This document shows, one piece after another, positions 1-11,320 of a stretch of DNA of 42,061 nucleotides. Under the pieces are notes generated by a model. That model was given only the letters and a program-made list of their open reading frames with translations. It was not told the DNA's origin and ran no database searches. Both the position numbers and the translations under genes were made by a program. Source of the DNA: Octopus sinensis (lineage: Eukaryota); the NCBI RefSeq assembly GCF_006345805.1, contig NW_021832121.1, positions 1-42,061 of the forward strand, read 5' to 3'. Numbering within the stretch: position 1 is the stretch's first letter; every line of letters starts with the position of its first letter.

Positions 1-568
1 CATAGATATGAAAACGGAAGTTAGAGGATGATGGTGTGTGTGTATAGTTCAGTGCCAATGAGTGGCCTATTATAGTGTTTCACTAACATTGCCAATTCTT
101 CAAGCAGGAGTAGTCTATTACTGTTAGAGAAACTGGCAACCTGTTAGGAAAAACTTGACCATAATGGATTAGTAGATCAGACTAAATCTAATACACTCTA
201 CTTTGGCATTGAGTACTTTTTCTTAGGTTCATTGTGCTTTGTCAACATGCACAGTTGTTATTTACATAAGAGGGTAAAATTTATATATTTGGAACTTTAA
301 CATCAATTGTTGTTTTTACTGCAAAAGACTGATGAGGTGGAGTGCATGATTGTATGTTTCAACTCCTGTTATGTAATTATTTCTGCAATTTGATGAAACA
401 TGTGTGTCCTATAAAGCTTTGAATACCATACCTGTTACCTGCATAATTGTTTATGTATACATACATATGTGTGTATATATATATATATTTATAATGATAG
501 GCCACTCATTGGCACTGAACTATATAAACATACATACACACACACACATACCATCATCGTCTTCTATT

Positions 569-933
569 GGTGCAGGCATGGCTGTGTGGTAAGAAGCTTG
601 CTTCCCAACTATATGGTTCCAGTTTCAGTCCCACTGCATAGCACCTTGGGCAAGGTCTTCTACTATAGCCTTGGTCCAACCAAAGCCTTGTCAGTAGATT
701 TGGTAGACAGAAACTGAAAGAAGCCCATTGTATATATAGATATGTGTGTGTCTGTGTTTGTTCCCCCACCACCATCACTTGACAACCGATGTTGGTGTGT
801 TTATGTCCCTGTAAGTTAGCAGTTCAGCAAAAGAAACCAATAAAATAAGTACTAAGCTTACAAAGAATAATTCCTGGAGTCTATTTGTTCGACTAGAGGC
901 TACAGTCAAATGACTGAAACACGTAAAAGAATA
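569..933 (+). mobile_element. tRNA-derived SINE family 1 (CORE-like ccttgggcaag motif), near full length
   Basis: Head ggctgtgtggtaag (A box) and ttcagtccc (B box), internal (TA)/(TG) microsatellite, tail tgactgaaacacgtaaaagaata; more than 10 related copies in the window. Confidence 0.85.
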
Positions 934-1156
934 CATATACAGATTGCTATATTGAACTAGGTCTGTTAAATCTACAAATCTGATCATTTTGTGTGGATTA
1001 TTGGATAATGTTATATCCTGTTAACTTCTAATACTTCGACCACTTAGTTCGTCTTTTCGTTGGGACAGACTTATTTTAGCTGCAGTGTGTGTGTGTGTAT
1101 GTATGTGTGTTTGCAGCTGCTGTACATTGTTGCTAAGTGATTAAAATTGTACTTAC

Positions 1157-1245
1157 TCTAGGAATTCTGGTTTTTTCCTCATCAAGCTGCAGAACTCTGC
1201 ATATCCAATACCATCCTCAATATCCATGTCTGCTTCATCCATTAC
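1157..1245 (-). CDS. CIB1: CIB1-like EF-hand protein, internal exon encoding the last EF-hand (VMDEADMDIEDGIGYAEFCSLMRKKPEFL+GA)
   Basis: Minus-strand ttgcag acceptor and gtaagt donor; 89 bp, phase 0 to 2, open frame. Resembles CIB1 ILEESDIDRDGTINLSEFQHVISRSPDF and joins in frame with the 1943-2070 exon. Paralog assignment tentative. Confidence 0.85.
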
Positions 1246-1479
1246 CTGCAATTATCATACGAACCAATGCTAAGCCTCTACATGGTTTATCGTGGTGTCC
1301 AAAATAGCAGCACAAATGCCCTTATAGTCACGCTTGGTTGTTTTAAAGGTACACATAATTGATTAATGTAATTCCATATGTACTATACAGCAGTTGGCTG
1401 GTGGAATGCTGTGGTCTCTCTTGTAGGCCATGAAAACCAGATAATCAACTCATAGGTTGTCACGTTAAAAACACCCAAC

Positions 1480-1610
1480 ACACAGAAGTGGCTGGCATTA
1501 GGAAGGGCATCTTAGCTGCAGAAACCATGCTAAAACATACAATTGGAGCCTGGTGCAGCTCTCTGGCTTGCCAGCATGGAAAATGGATGTTAAGGGATGA
1601 TGATGATCAT
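1480..1610 (+). mobile_element. SINE 3' fragment with (GAT)n tail
   Basis: ggcattaggaagggcatc...gcatggaaaatggatgttaagggatgatgatgat; a similar tail is at 1-33. Confidence 0.5.
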
Positions 1611-1942
1611 GAAGATATTTACTTACTTTAATGCTCTATACTTGAAAGTGAGATGGTCATAGCTAGAATTATCTTTTGATCACAGATCTCAGCTCAGTTA
1701 GAACTGAACAACAGCTAGCAATAATACGAACTAACGAGGTATCAGCTGTCATGTGACACACTTTGGAATATACATGTGCCACTGTGGATAATATCGAGTA
1801 ATGTTGTATAGTTACAATCATTATGATTTATTGTAGTCACATTCTATGATGTATGCATAAAAAAAAAGTTGAAATTAATATTAAATTTTTAAAATAAAAA
1901 TATTAAATTAAAATTAAATACAAGACATTTCAAATTACTCAC

Positions 1943-2070
1943 TTTGTCAATGAGAAACTCAATTTGTTCTTCAGACAAGATGTCGTCATCACATGGGTGG
2001 TTCATCTTGATTAAGCATAAGATTGCTTGTTCAATGTCACTTCGGGAAATTATTTTGTCATCATCGAAAT
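1943..2070 (-). CDS. CIB1: CIB1-like EF-hand protein, internal exon encoding EF-hand 3 ((D)FDDDKIISRSDIEQAILCLIKMNHPCDDDILSEEQIEFLIDK)
   Basis: ttctttttaaatcag acceptor and gtgagt donor; 128 bp, phase 1 to 0. Resembles CIB1 DFDDDGTLNREDLSRLVNCL...LSASEMKQLIDN, and the exon boundaries fall where I recall them in vertebrate CIB1. Confidence 0.87.
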
Positions 2071-2106
2071 CTGATTTAAAAAGAAATCAGTGTTTTATAT
2101 ATATAT

Positions 2107-2424
2107 GTTTTTTTATCTTCTATTTGTTTCAGCTATTAGACTGTGGCCATGCTGGGGCACCACTTTGGAGAAGTTTTAGTCAAATGAATTGACAACAGTA
2201 TTTTTTTGGTTGTCAGATATTGTATTTCAGAATAATCATTTTTTTTTTTGCCAAATAAACACATGCACGATCTCTTTTGCCGAACCGCTGAGTGGTAAGA
2301 AGCATGGTTCCGGATTCAGTCCCACTGCGGGACATCTTGAGCAAGTGTCTTCTACTATAGCTTCAGGCTGACCAAAGCCTTGTGAGTCGATTTGGTAGGC
2401 GGAAATTGAAAGAAGACCGTCGTA

Positions 2425-2471
<47 letters not shown>

Positions 2472-2672
2472 ATAAGTTTGTGTCTGTGTTTGTCCCCCCA
2501 ACATCGCTTGACAACCGATGGTGGTGTGTTTACGTCCCCGTAACTTAGCGATTCTGAAAAGAAACCGATAGAATAAGTATTAAGCTTACAAAGAATGTCC
2601 TGAGGTCGATTTGCTTGACTAAAGGCAGTGCTCCTGCATGGCCACAGTCAAATGCCTGAAACAAGTAAAAGA
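2107..2672. mobile_element. Chimeric SINE family 1: minus-strand 3' fragment joined to a plus-strand copy
   Basis: Minus-strand SINE 3' portion at 2107-2291, plus-strand copy at 2292-2672. Confidence 0.8.
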
Positions 2673-2929
2673 GTGATGAACCGATGCAAAGATTGATAAA
2701 ATAAGTGATTACTTGACAACTGGTGTGGGGTTGTTTACAACCCCGTACGTATGTATGTATGTGTGTATGTGTGTGTGTGTGTGTGTGTGTGTCCCCTCCC
2801 ACCATCGCTTAACAACTGATGTTGATGTGTTTACGGCCCGGTAACATAGCAGCTCGGTAAAAAAAACGATAGAATAAGCACTAGGCTAACAAAGAATAAA
2901 AGCGAAATTTAACTAACAAGTTGGCTGAT

Positions 2930-3145
2930 AATACTTTCTACTAATAGCACAAGGCCTGAAATTTTATGGGAGGGATCTAATCAATTACATCGACCTCAGT
3001 GTTTCACAAGTACTTAACTTACTGATCTCGAAAGGATGAAAAGCTAAGTCGACCTCGGCGGAATCTGAACTCAACGTAAAGACGGACGAAATGCCACTAA
3101 GGATTTTGCCTTGCATGTTAACGATACTGCCAGCTTGCCGCCTTT
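2930..3145 (-). mobile_element. tRNA-derived SINE family 2 (MetaSINE-like cttttcatcctttcg...aagtac domain)
   Basis: Minus strand reads ggcggcaagctggcag...gagttcagattccgccgaggtcgacttagcttttcatcctttcgag; related copies at 10435-11320 and 27345-27545. Confidence 0.7.
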
Positions 3146-3916
3146 CGTTGGCTGACAATAATAAAAAGAAATAAAATGTAATCAATCCTTGTTTTATTAT
3201 TGGCAAAATAACCCTCCCAACGTATAATAATGTCTATTTCAAATCAAGAATAGTGCAAAAAAAAAAAAAAAAAAACAAGAACGAAATATCACAACCAACT
3301 AATGGACAAAAGTACACATTTACAAAACAACCAGCAAAGAGCTTCAATTACCTAAAAGATACCAAAAGAGGATTAGAGTACTGCCCTGTGAAACATATAA
3401 TGAAATGGAGTAATTAATCCTGAAAATAGTGGATCCCTGCCCGAACCATCGCCGGCGTCATTGCTATTTCACTTGAATTAGACCCTACTCACTTTAAAAG
3501 TTGAAAGGGTACACTATTCATGAAAACAAGATGCGTTGGTCACGACTGGGACAACTTTGATTATAGGATTACATCTGCTCCATCAGGGCCAAAATACGAC
3601 AGCAATGGTGTATGGCAAGTTTGATCTGTGGATTGGTACAACCTAAAGGAAAATCCTCTGCTCAGCTAAACATCAACGGTGACTAGAAGTATCTAAGTAA
3701 ACTGGTGCAAGTAAAGTCTTCTGAAGAAGACACATACCAGGCAGCCCTTCTTTCCTACGAACATGCAAACACACAAAGAAAGTGGGGAAGTAGGACATAT
3801 TTCAACAGTAGACCCACACATTTTTTCGTTAACTTGACACAATAATACAGCAAATAACTGGCAAACCTTAGTGGAAATATTTTAAAAATATGCAGACAAA
3901 ATGGCGGTCAAATATT

Positions 3917-4461
3917 CTTTTATTCTTTTACTTCTCTCAGTCATTTGACTGCAGCCATGCTGGAGCACTGCCTTTAGTCAATGAAGTCGACCCTAGGTTT
4001 TATTCTTTGTTAGCCCAGTACTTATTCTATCGGTCTCTTTTGCCGAGCTGCTATGTTACAGGGCCGTAAACACACCAACATCAGTTGTTAAGCGATGGTG
4101 GGAGGACAAACACAGACACAAGCACACATACATACATACATACATACATACGTATGTATGTATGTATGTGTGTGTGTGTTTGTGTGTGTATACGACAAGA
4201 TTCTTTCAGTTTCCGCCTACCAAATCCACTCACAAGACTTTGGTCAGCTTCAAGCTATAGTAGAAGACACTTGCTCAAGATGTCACGCAGTGGGACTGAA
4301 TCCGGAACCATGCTTCTTACCACTCAGCGGTTCGGCAAAAGAGATCGATAAAATAAGTACTGGGCTTACAAAGAATAAGTCCTGGGGTCGATTTGCTCGA
4401 CCAAAGGCGGTGCTCCAGCATGGCCAGAGTCACATGACTGAAACAAGTAAAAGAGCAGAGT
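3917..4461. mobile_element. Chimeric SINE family 1: minus-strand copy (3917-4323) joined to a plus-strand 3' half (4324-4461)
   Basis: Same junction as 2268-2329 but in the opposite orientation. Confidence 0.8.
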
Positions 4462-5194
4462 AATTCATCCGGAAATGCTGAAAAAAATGTTCTCATCAGA
4501 TTATGTTGTGCACTCGATAATAGAGTCTAAGTACGAACCAGACGAAAGAGTTACCTTCGAGGTTTACTATAGAAGATACGAACAAATCTTCAATAAAGAG
4601 TGCAAAGATTGGGACACGATATTAAAACGCGTTTAATCTTAGGAAAACTGGCAGCAGGAGAATATGAGCGTTACAGCAATTGCGTACTCCCGAAAAAATC
4701 TTGACATAAAATTTGAAGACAAAATAGACATATTGTGTAAATCTTTTAGAGAGAAAAGCTCGTTGTTCAATACACTTTGGAAATGTTTGAACCTAGAAAA
4801 TGAGGAGGACTACATCGCATATGCTGGTAGAGTTAACAGAGAATGTGAAAAGTTCAAGCTGGACGAATTAACGCCAGATATGTTCAAGTACCTCAGGGAC
4901 TAACTGCAGAAAGACGCGGAAGTAAGAACAAAAATTCTCGCTAAGCTGGAACAAAACCAAGCTGTAACCTTACAACAAGGTCAGAAGAGTGCGAAAGAGC
5001 AGTAAATTTAAGACACAACACAGAGAAAATTGAATTTAAAGATTGTTCTCAAGTGAAACAAGTGCGAAATAAGCAGAATAGAAATCAAGTGTGTACTAAA
5101 ATATAGTTCAAACAGGGCAAGAATCAGGGGGAAAAAACATGTTTTGCACGTGGGGGTTTACATCCGAGGAAAAACTCTTCATTTAAGAAAGCAG

Positions 5195-6040
5195 CTACTT
5201 CTTCAATGCTTTAGAGAGCGTCCATGTTTGAGCCCCCGTGTAGAACAGATTCCACTGTTGCTAGAAACAACTTCACTTTCAGTTTCTTTGCTAACTTTGA
5301 ACTCCATACTTTTCTCAATTTATGGCATGCGCTCCAGTTAAGAGCTTTCCTTTCTACAATATCTTTTTCAGTACTTTGTGTCCACGCACCTAAGTATTTG
5401 AAGTTTTCAGCTACCTTGAGCGACTTACCGTCTATCACTTTCACTGACACAGGCATTTCGTGGTTGAATCCTTGCAGCTCTGTTTTCTTTGCGCTACAGT
5501 ACAATCCTACCTTCCCCAATTCCTGCTCTAATATGCTCAGCACCGCCTGTGCCTGATCTTTCTTCTCTGTTAATAATGCCAGGACATCAGCATAGTCAGT
5601 TACTGTTACTGCTTGATGGTGTCTACTTCTTTGCCAATGCAGTTTGAACCCCAGTTACACGAAGATGCTTAGAATGGCACTCAATGTCTCCTGGAAGTCA
5701 TACAACAAACGCTGACTTATACCAGGGACTACCAAAAGTAACATTGAAGGTACAGCATAGAAGGATGAGGCTAGCTGGACACTGCATCAGACATACCGAA
5801 GAAATTGCTAACAAGCTAGTTCTCTGGCAACCAACGGATGGAAGAACCAGTAGAGGAAGGAGGAAGATAACCTATATTGACAACTTGCTGGAGGATATTG
5901 GTATGGAAGGAGTATAGAAGAGGACCATTATGGAAGATCGAGATGAGTGGGGAAAACGTGCGGAAACAATCTTGAGGCGTCCTAAGGGACGACCTAGATA
6001 GACAGACAGACAGACAGATAGACAGATAGATAGATAGATA
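5195..6040. mobile_element. 5'-truncated RTE-clade LINE with 5' inversion, (GACA/GATA)n tail and 10-bp TSD
   Basis: 5195-~5655 minus: YADVLA...FKYLGAW...KVKLFLATVESVL. ~5657-5990 plus: YTKMLRMALNVSW...RLAGHCIRH. TSD aagaaagcag at 5185-5194 and 6041-6050. Confidence 0.85.
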
Positions 6041-6140
6041 AAGAAAGCAGAATGCTTCTGTTGTGGAAAAAATTGGACACATAAAAACGCACTGTAAAAC
6101 CAAGATAACAAAACGTTGGAACAAAGGGTAAAAATAAACA

Positions 6141-6300
6141 GTAGTGGCTGTGTGGTAAGTAGCTTGTTTACCAACACCAACAATATGGTTCCAGGTTCAG
6201 TCCCACTGCGTGGCACCTTGGGCAAGTGTCTTCTACTATAGGCTCGGGCCGACTAAAGCCTCATGATTGGATTTGGTAGACGTACACTGAAAGAAGTCCG

Positions 6301-6341
<41 letters not shown>

Positions 6342-6542
6342 TGTATGTGTATTTGCCCCCCAACACCGCTTGACAACCGATGCTGGTGTGTTTACGTCCC
6401 CGAAACTGTAGCGGTTTGGCAAAAGTGACCTATAGAATAAGTACTGGGCTTATAAAGAATAAGTCCTGGGGTCGATTTGTTCGACTAAAGGCGGTGCCCC
6501 GGCATGGCCACAATCAAATGACAGAAACAAGTTGAAGAATAA
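6141..6542 (+). mobile_element. SINE family 1 inserted in Gypsy
   Basis: Full consensus features; flanked by aaaaataaa on both sides (possible TSD). Confidence 0.85.
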
Positions 6543-7846
6543 AAAAATAAATTATGTCATCGAAAGAAAATTATACTGTGACGAAGAGGATATTCGTAAA
6601 TGTGATAATTAAAAATATAAGAGTAAAAATGTAGTTAGGCACTGGAAGTGATATTCCCATTGTGAACGAAAAAAGTTGGAAGTGTAGCAGTAAACCAAAA
6701 TTAAGTAAATCTACAAAAGTAGCAGAAGGTGTTACGGATAAAAGATTGTAATTTGTCAGTGAATTTGTGTGTAATGTGACAGTTCGTGACTAAATGAAAA
6801 CGGCAAAAGATATGTGCTAAAAAATTCAGTTAATTTATTTGGTACAGAGTGGATGGAACTATTCAAATTGTGGAATACGCCCATAAGTGTTTTGTGTGGG
6901 AATATAGTCGGTTCACTTGAAGGTTTGAATGCGGCAGAGGGACTGAAACAAAATATAAAACGTTTATTTCCAGACGTTTTCTCGGAGGAAGTCGGTTGCT
7001 GCGCGAAAAAAAAAAAAAAAGGCAAAATTTGCAGTAAAACTAAGTGCAACACCTGTATTTAAGCCCAAATGGAATGTACCGTTTGCGGCAATAGACCAGA
7101 TAAACAAGGAACTTGAAACACTTGAAAGCCTAGAAATTATCGAGAAGGTGGACCACTCAGACTGGGCAGCACCCACGGTTTACGTAAAATAGAAAAATAA
7201 CAAGTTCAGAGTTTGTGCAGATATTTCAACAAGTGTGAATGATTGCTTAATTTCACATAACCACCCATTGCCGAGTCCTGAGGAAGTGTTCGCAAAATTG
7301 AACGGAGGAAAATTCTTCTCAAAATTAGAACTCTCCGAGGCATATATACAAATCCATGTAGAAGAAGAATGTTCACACTTATTAACTATCAATACACACC
7401 ATGGCTTATTTAAATTTAAGCGGTTTCCCTTCAGTGTAAAAGTGGCTCCTTCCATATTTCAGCAAATAATGGATACAATGCTAGGTGGCTGTGATTTTTG
7501 CTTTCACCTATTTTGACGATATTCTAATAAAAAGCGAATCTCATGGACATCATGTAGAACACGTTAAAAGAGTATTCGAGAAGTTTAGAGAATACGGTTT
7601 CAAGTTAACAGAAGAAAAAATGCGAGTTCTTCATCAAAAATATACTTGGGCCGAATAATGGATAAAAGCAGACGGAAACCGGATCCATCCAGAGCAACTA
7701 AGATAAAAATATATATATATCCACGCCGAATAATGTGACTATGGTGCAAGCATTCTTTGATTTAATAAATTGTTATCAAATTTACATTCCCAATACACAT
7801 AATTTAAGGGCCTCGTTCAATGATCTGTTAAGAAAAAATACAGAAT

Positions 7847-8257
7847 GGAGTGGCTGTGTGGTAAGTAGCTTGCTAACCAACCACATGGTTCTGGGTTCAG
7901 TCCCACTGTGTGGCATCTTGGGCAAGTGTCTTCTGCTATAGCCCCGGGCCGACCAATGCCTTGTGAGTGGATTTGGTAGATAGAAACTGAAAGAAGCCTG
8001 TCGTATATATGTATATATATATAAGTGTGTGTGTATATGTTTGTGTGTCTGTGTTTGGCCCCCTAGCATTGCTTGACAACCGATGCTGGTGTGTTTACGT
8101 CCCCGTCACTTAGCGGTTCGGCAAAAGAGACCGATAGAATAAGTACTGGGCTTACAAAGAATAAGTCCCGGGGTCGATTTGCTCGATTAAAGGCGGTGCT
8201 CCAGCATGGCCGCAGTCAAATGACTGAAACAAGTAAAAGAGTAAAAGAGTAAAGAGT
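7847..8257 (+). mobile_element. SINE family 1 inserted in Gypsy pol
   Basis: Splits the Gypsy reading frame KNTEW|CWTDKCQK; aatgg is duplicated at the ends. Confidence 0.85.
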
Positions 8258-8509
8258 AATGGTGTTGGACTGATAAGTGCCAAAAGGCACTTGACAAGTT
8301 AAACAGCATTTCAACAGCGGACTTATTGTTAACGCACTTTGAAGCAAAGTTTGGATATATTGGTTACAGATGCGAGTGAGAACGGTGTAAGAGCCGCACT
8401 TCTGCGCAAATATGACAATGGGAGTAAAAGAACTAAAGCTCATGCATCACGATCGTTATTGCTAGCAGAGAGGAACTATAGCCAGATAGAAAAGTAAACG
8501 TGAGCAATC

Positions 8510-8849
8510 ATATTCGTATTCGTATTCGTATGTATGTATGTATGTATGTATGTATGTATGTATGTATGTATGTATGTATGTATGTATGTATGTATGTATG
8601 TATGTATTATGTATGTATGTATGTATGTATGTATGTATGTAGTATGTATGTATGTATTATGTATGTATGTATGTATGTATGTATGTATGTATGTATGTAT
8701 GTATGTATGTATGTATGTATGTATGTATGTATGTATGTACGTACGTACGTATGTACGTACGTACGTACGTACGTACGTACGTACGTACGTACGTACGTAC
8801 GTACGTACGTACGTACGTACGTACGTACGTATGTACGTACGTATGTATG
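8510..8849. repeat. Compound microsatellite (TATTCG)n-(TATG)n-(TACG)n
   Basis: Direct reading of the sequence. Confidence 0.95.
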
Positions 8850-9120
8850 AGTCGGGCTTCTTTCAATTTCCGTCTACCAACTTCACTCACAAGGCTTTGG
8901 TCAGCCCAAGGCTATAGTAGAAGACATTTGCCCAAGGTGCCACGCAGTGGGACTTGAACCTGGAACCATATGTTTGGGAAGCAAGCTTCTTACCGCACAG
9001 CCATGTCTCGGAAAGATTTACTCATTGATATTTCTTAATTATTCAAAATAAACTTAAGGGAGGATAATGAAATAATTTGGCACACACGTTTTAATGTAAA
9101 TTGTAAATCCATTTCAGTAA

Positions 9121-9500
9121 TTACATTTCAAAACTACCATCTTTCGCCTTGATCGTAGGCTGCAAACAAGTGATCACGGAGTAGCATAAGCGCCGTCCCA
9201 CTGCTTCATTCAACTTGACCCAGGAGGACAGAAGAGGTTTCTTCATATCTTACACATTTAAATAGGAGTGAGCAGAAACATTACTCTCTAAGATGGACCA
9301 GATAGCAAAACCCATGGGACAGATGTCTGGACTTGAGGGAGGCCATATTGACTTATCCCCTAAACCGCTGAAATTGTCTTTGTACCAACCACATCTGCGT
9401 CATATCGGTTATTTGGGTCGCAGCCCCGTCTTGTGTTAAGATGTAAAGGTCACCAAAGGTTTCTGTGACCTAGCATACCACTTTCTCATCCAACTTCTTC
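9121..9500 (-). mobile_element. Tc1/mariner (maT/DD37D-like) transposase remnant
   Basis: Minus strand QDGA...WPPSSPDICPMGFAIWSILES...IKAKDGSFEM*, with an internal stop and frameshift. Confidence 0.8.
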
Positions 9501-10014
9501 TCGTAAACTTCACTACTGACATTGCCGCCGGCATCGACGCTTGTGTGTGTGTGCTTGTGTGCGTGCGTGCGTGTGTGTGTGTGTATGTGAGCTTCTGTGT
9601 GTGTGCGTGCGTGTGTGTCTGTGTGTGCGTGTGTGTCTGTGTGTGACAATCCATGTGACCAAATGAAAACAGAAGACGACGATAGGAAATGTAACCAATA
9701 GAAAAACTTATTTTGTTGGTTAATTATATCTTAGTTGGTTGTCAATTGTAATTTCATTTTCACGTTAATTATAGAGTAGAATGTGTTCCAAGAAAAACAT
9801 CTGGCAAGGGAGAAATTTATGTAGCCAAGCAAATGCGTAATGCTTAAGAAGTAGGTGTGTGTGCGTGTGCACGCGTGTTCAGTCCCTTGTACCGAAAATC
9901 ATACCTTTATTGTTTCTTTATCTGTCCGGGTTTGCGGCCGGGTGGGTGTAAGAAACTAGCGAGAAGGACATGAGATGAGGGAGGAAATAAAGATAGAGAA
10001 GGGGGAGAAGAGAG

Positions 10015-10052
<38 letters not shown>

Positions 10053-10434
10053 GTACGGAGAGTGGGGATGTAATCAAACAATCGTAGCTTTAAGATTGAA
10101 TGAAGAAATGTAGGTTTCTAGTGCAATATTTACTTACCATATGTCCTACACATTGGTATATGTAAAAGAAAGCTATTGGGTATCAGGAAATTAACAAGAC
10201 GTATATACAGAAGCACTAATGTAAACACAATTCGTTGAATTCGTGGAATCTGTGGGAGAAAAGCTACCGTTCATTAGTTGAAAAATTTAAACAATGACAA
10301 ACTGTTGAACCGCGGGTGTGGGTTTCCTAAATAGTTTTGCTTAGTCAGCGACAACTAGTACAATTGTAACTACTACTACTGCTGCTGCTGTGGCTGTGAA
10401 GATTGGTGTGAATAATTTAATTGTTTTTACATAA

Positions 10435-11320
10435 AACGCACAAGACCAGCAATTTTTGAGGGGAGGGTGTTAGTCGATCATATGGACTTCCATACATGAC
10501 TGGTACTGTCTTTTATCGACACAGAGCGTGAAAAACACTCACACACACACAAAGTATTTTGTCCAATGCTCTCAAGAATATCGCGTGAATCCATTGCCCA
10601 AATAATAACGCTTTCTAATTTTGGCACAAGGTCAGTAATTTTGATGAAAGGAAGAAGTCGATTACCTCAACTCCAGTGTTTAACTGGTATTTATTTTATC
10701 GACCCCAAAAGGATGAAAAGCAAAAGTGATCTTGGCGGAATTTGAACTCAGAACGTAAAGAGGCTAAATGCTGCAAAGTATTTTGCCTGCAAACGGTTCT
10801 GCCAGCACACCGCCTTTAATACTATTTGTAATTTTCGGTACAATGCCAGGAATCTTGAAGTGAAAGAATTCTGCTAACTCGATGTCTTTAAACAAGGCTA
10901 TCTTCAAACAAGTACTCGACCCCAGTACTTGACTGTTACTTTATTTTATGCCAATCCACTGCCTTAAATCATTATTATTCCTAATTCAGACACAATGCCA
11001 GCAATTCTGAGGGATGGGCTAGTCGATACCGCAGAATATAGCGTTTGGCTTATATTATATTTTATCGAGGGTTGAAAAGCAAAGCGGACGTCGGTGAGTT
11101 TCGAAATCAGAACGTATGGAGTCAGAAGAAATCTGTCAAGGCTTTTGTTCCAGCAATAACAATAATAATTCTTTCCAATTTTGGCAAGAGACCAGTAATT
11201 TTGAGAGGAAGGAGAGGGCATTACAGTGATCCCAGTAGTAGTCAACTGATCCTTATATTTCTGAGCCCTAAGAGATGGAAAGTGAAGTTGATTTGAAGTC
11301 AGAATGTAAAAAGGCGGAGA
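10435..11320 (-). mobile_element. Cluster of about 5 same-orientation SINE family 2 fragments
   Basis: Repeated ggcacaag..gcaatttt..gtcgat..ccagta..tactt(a)ttttatcga..gaaag..ggaatttgaactcagaacg units separated by short A/T-rich (often aataat) linkers. Confidence 0.7.

Larger units (their letters stand above)
4470..8500 (+). mobile_element. Degenerate Ty3/Gypsy LTR retrotransposon gag-pol (K02A2.6/Mag-like), interrupted by an RTE and two SINEs
   Basis: gag VTFEVYYRRYEQIF; CCHC knuckle CFCCGKIGHIKTHC (~6053-6094); RT SDWAAPTVYVK, HPLPSPEEVFAKLNGGKFFSKLELSEAYIQI, FPFSVKVAPSIFQQIMD, YFDDILI; RNase H remnant ~8350-8500. Many stops and frameshifts; no LTRs recognised. Confidence 0.9.

Noticed and set aside
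75-1000. Candidate terminal CIB exons (minus-strand acceptors near 121, 141, 319 and 383)
   Set aside because: None gives the short F-x-I-x-I/L-stop ending typical of CIB; the last exon is probably left of the window.
8500-8957. Long MYVC/HTHT/YIYI/CVCV ORFs here and throughout the window
   Set aside because: Translations of (TATG)n, (CA)n and (TA)n microsatellites, which lack stop codons.
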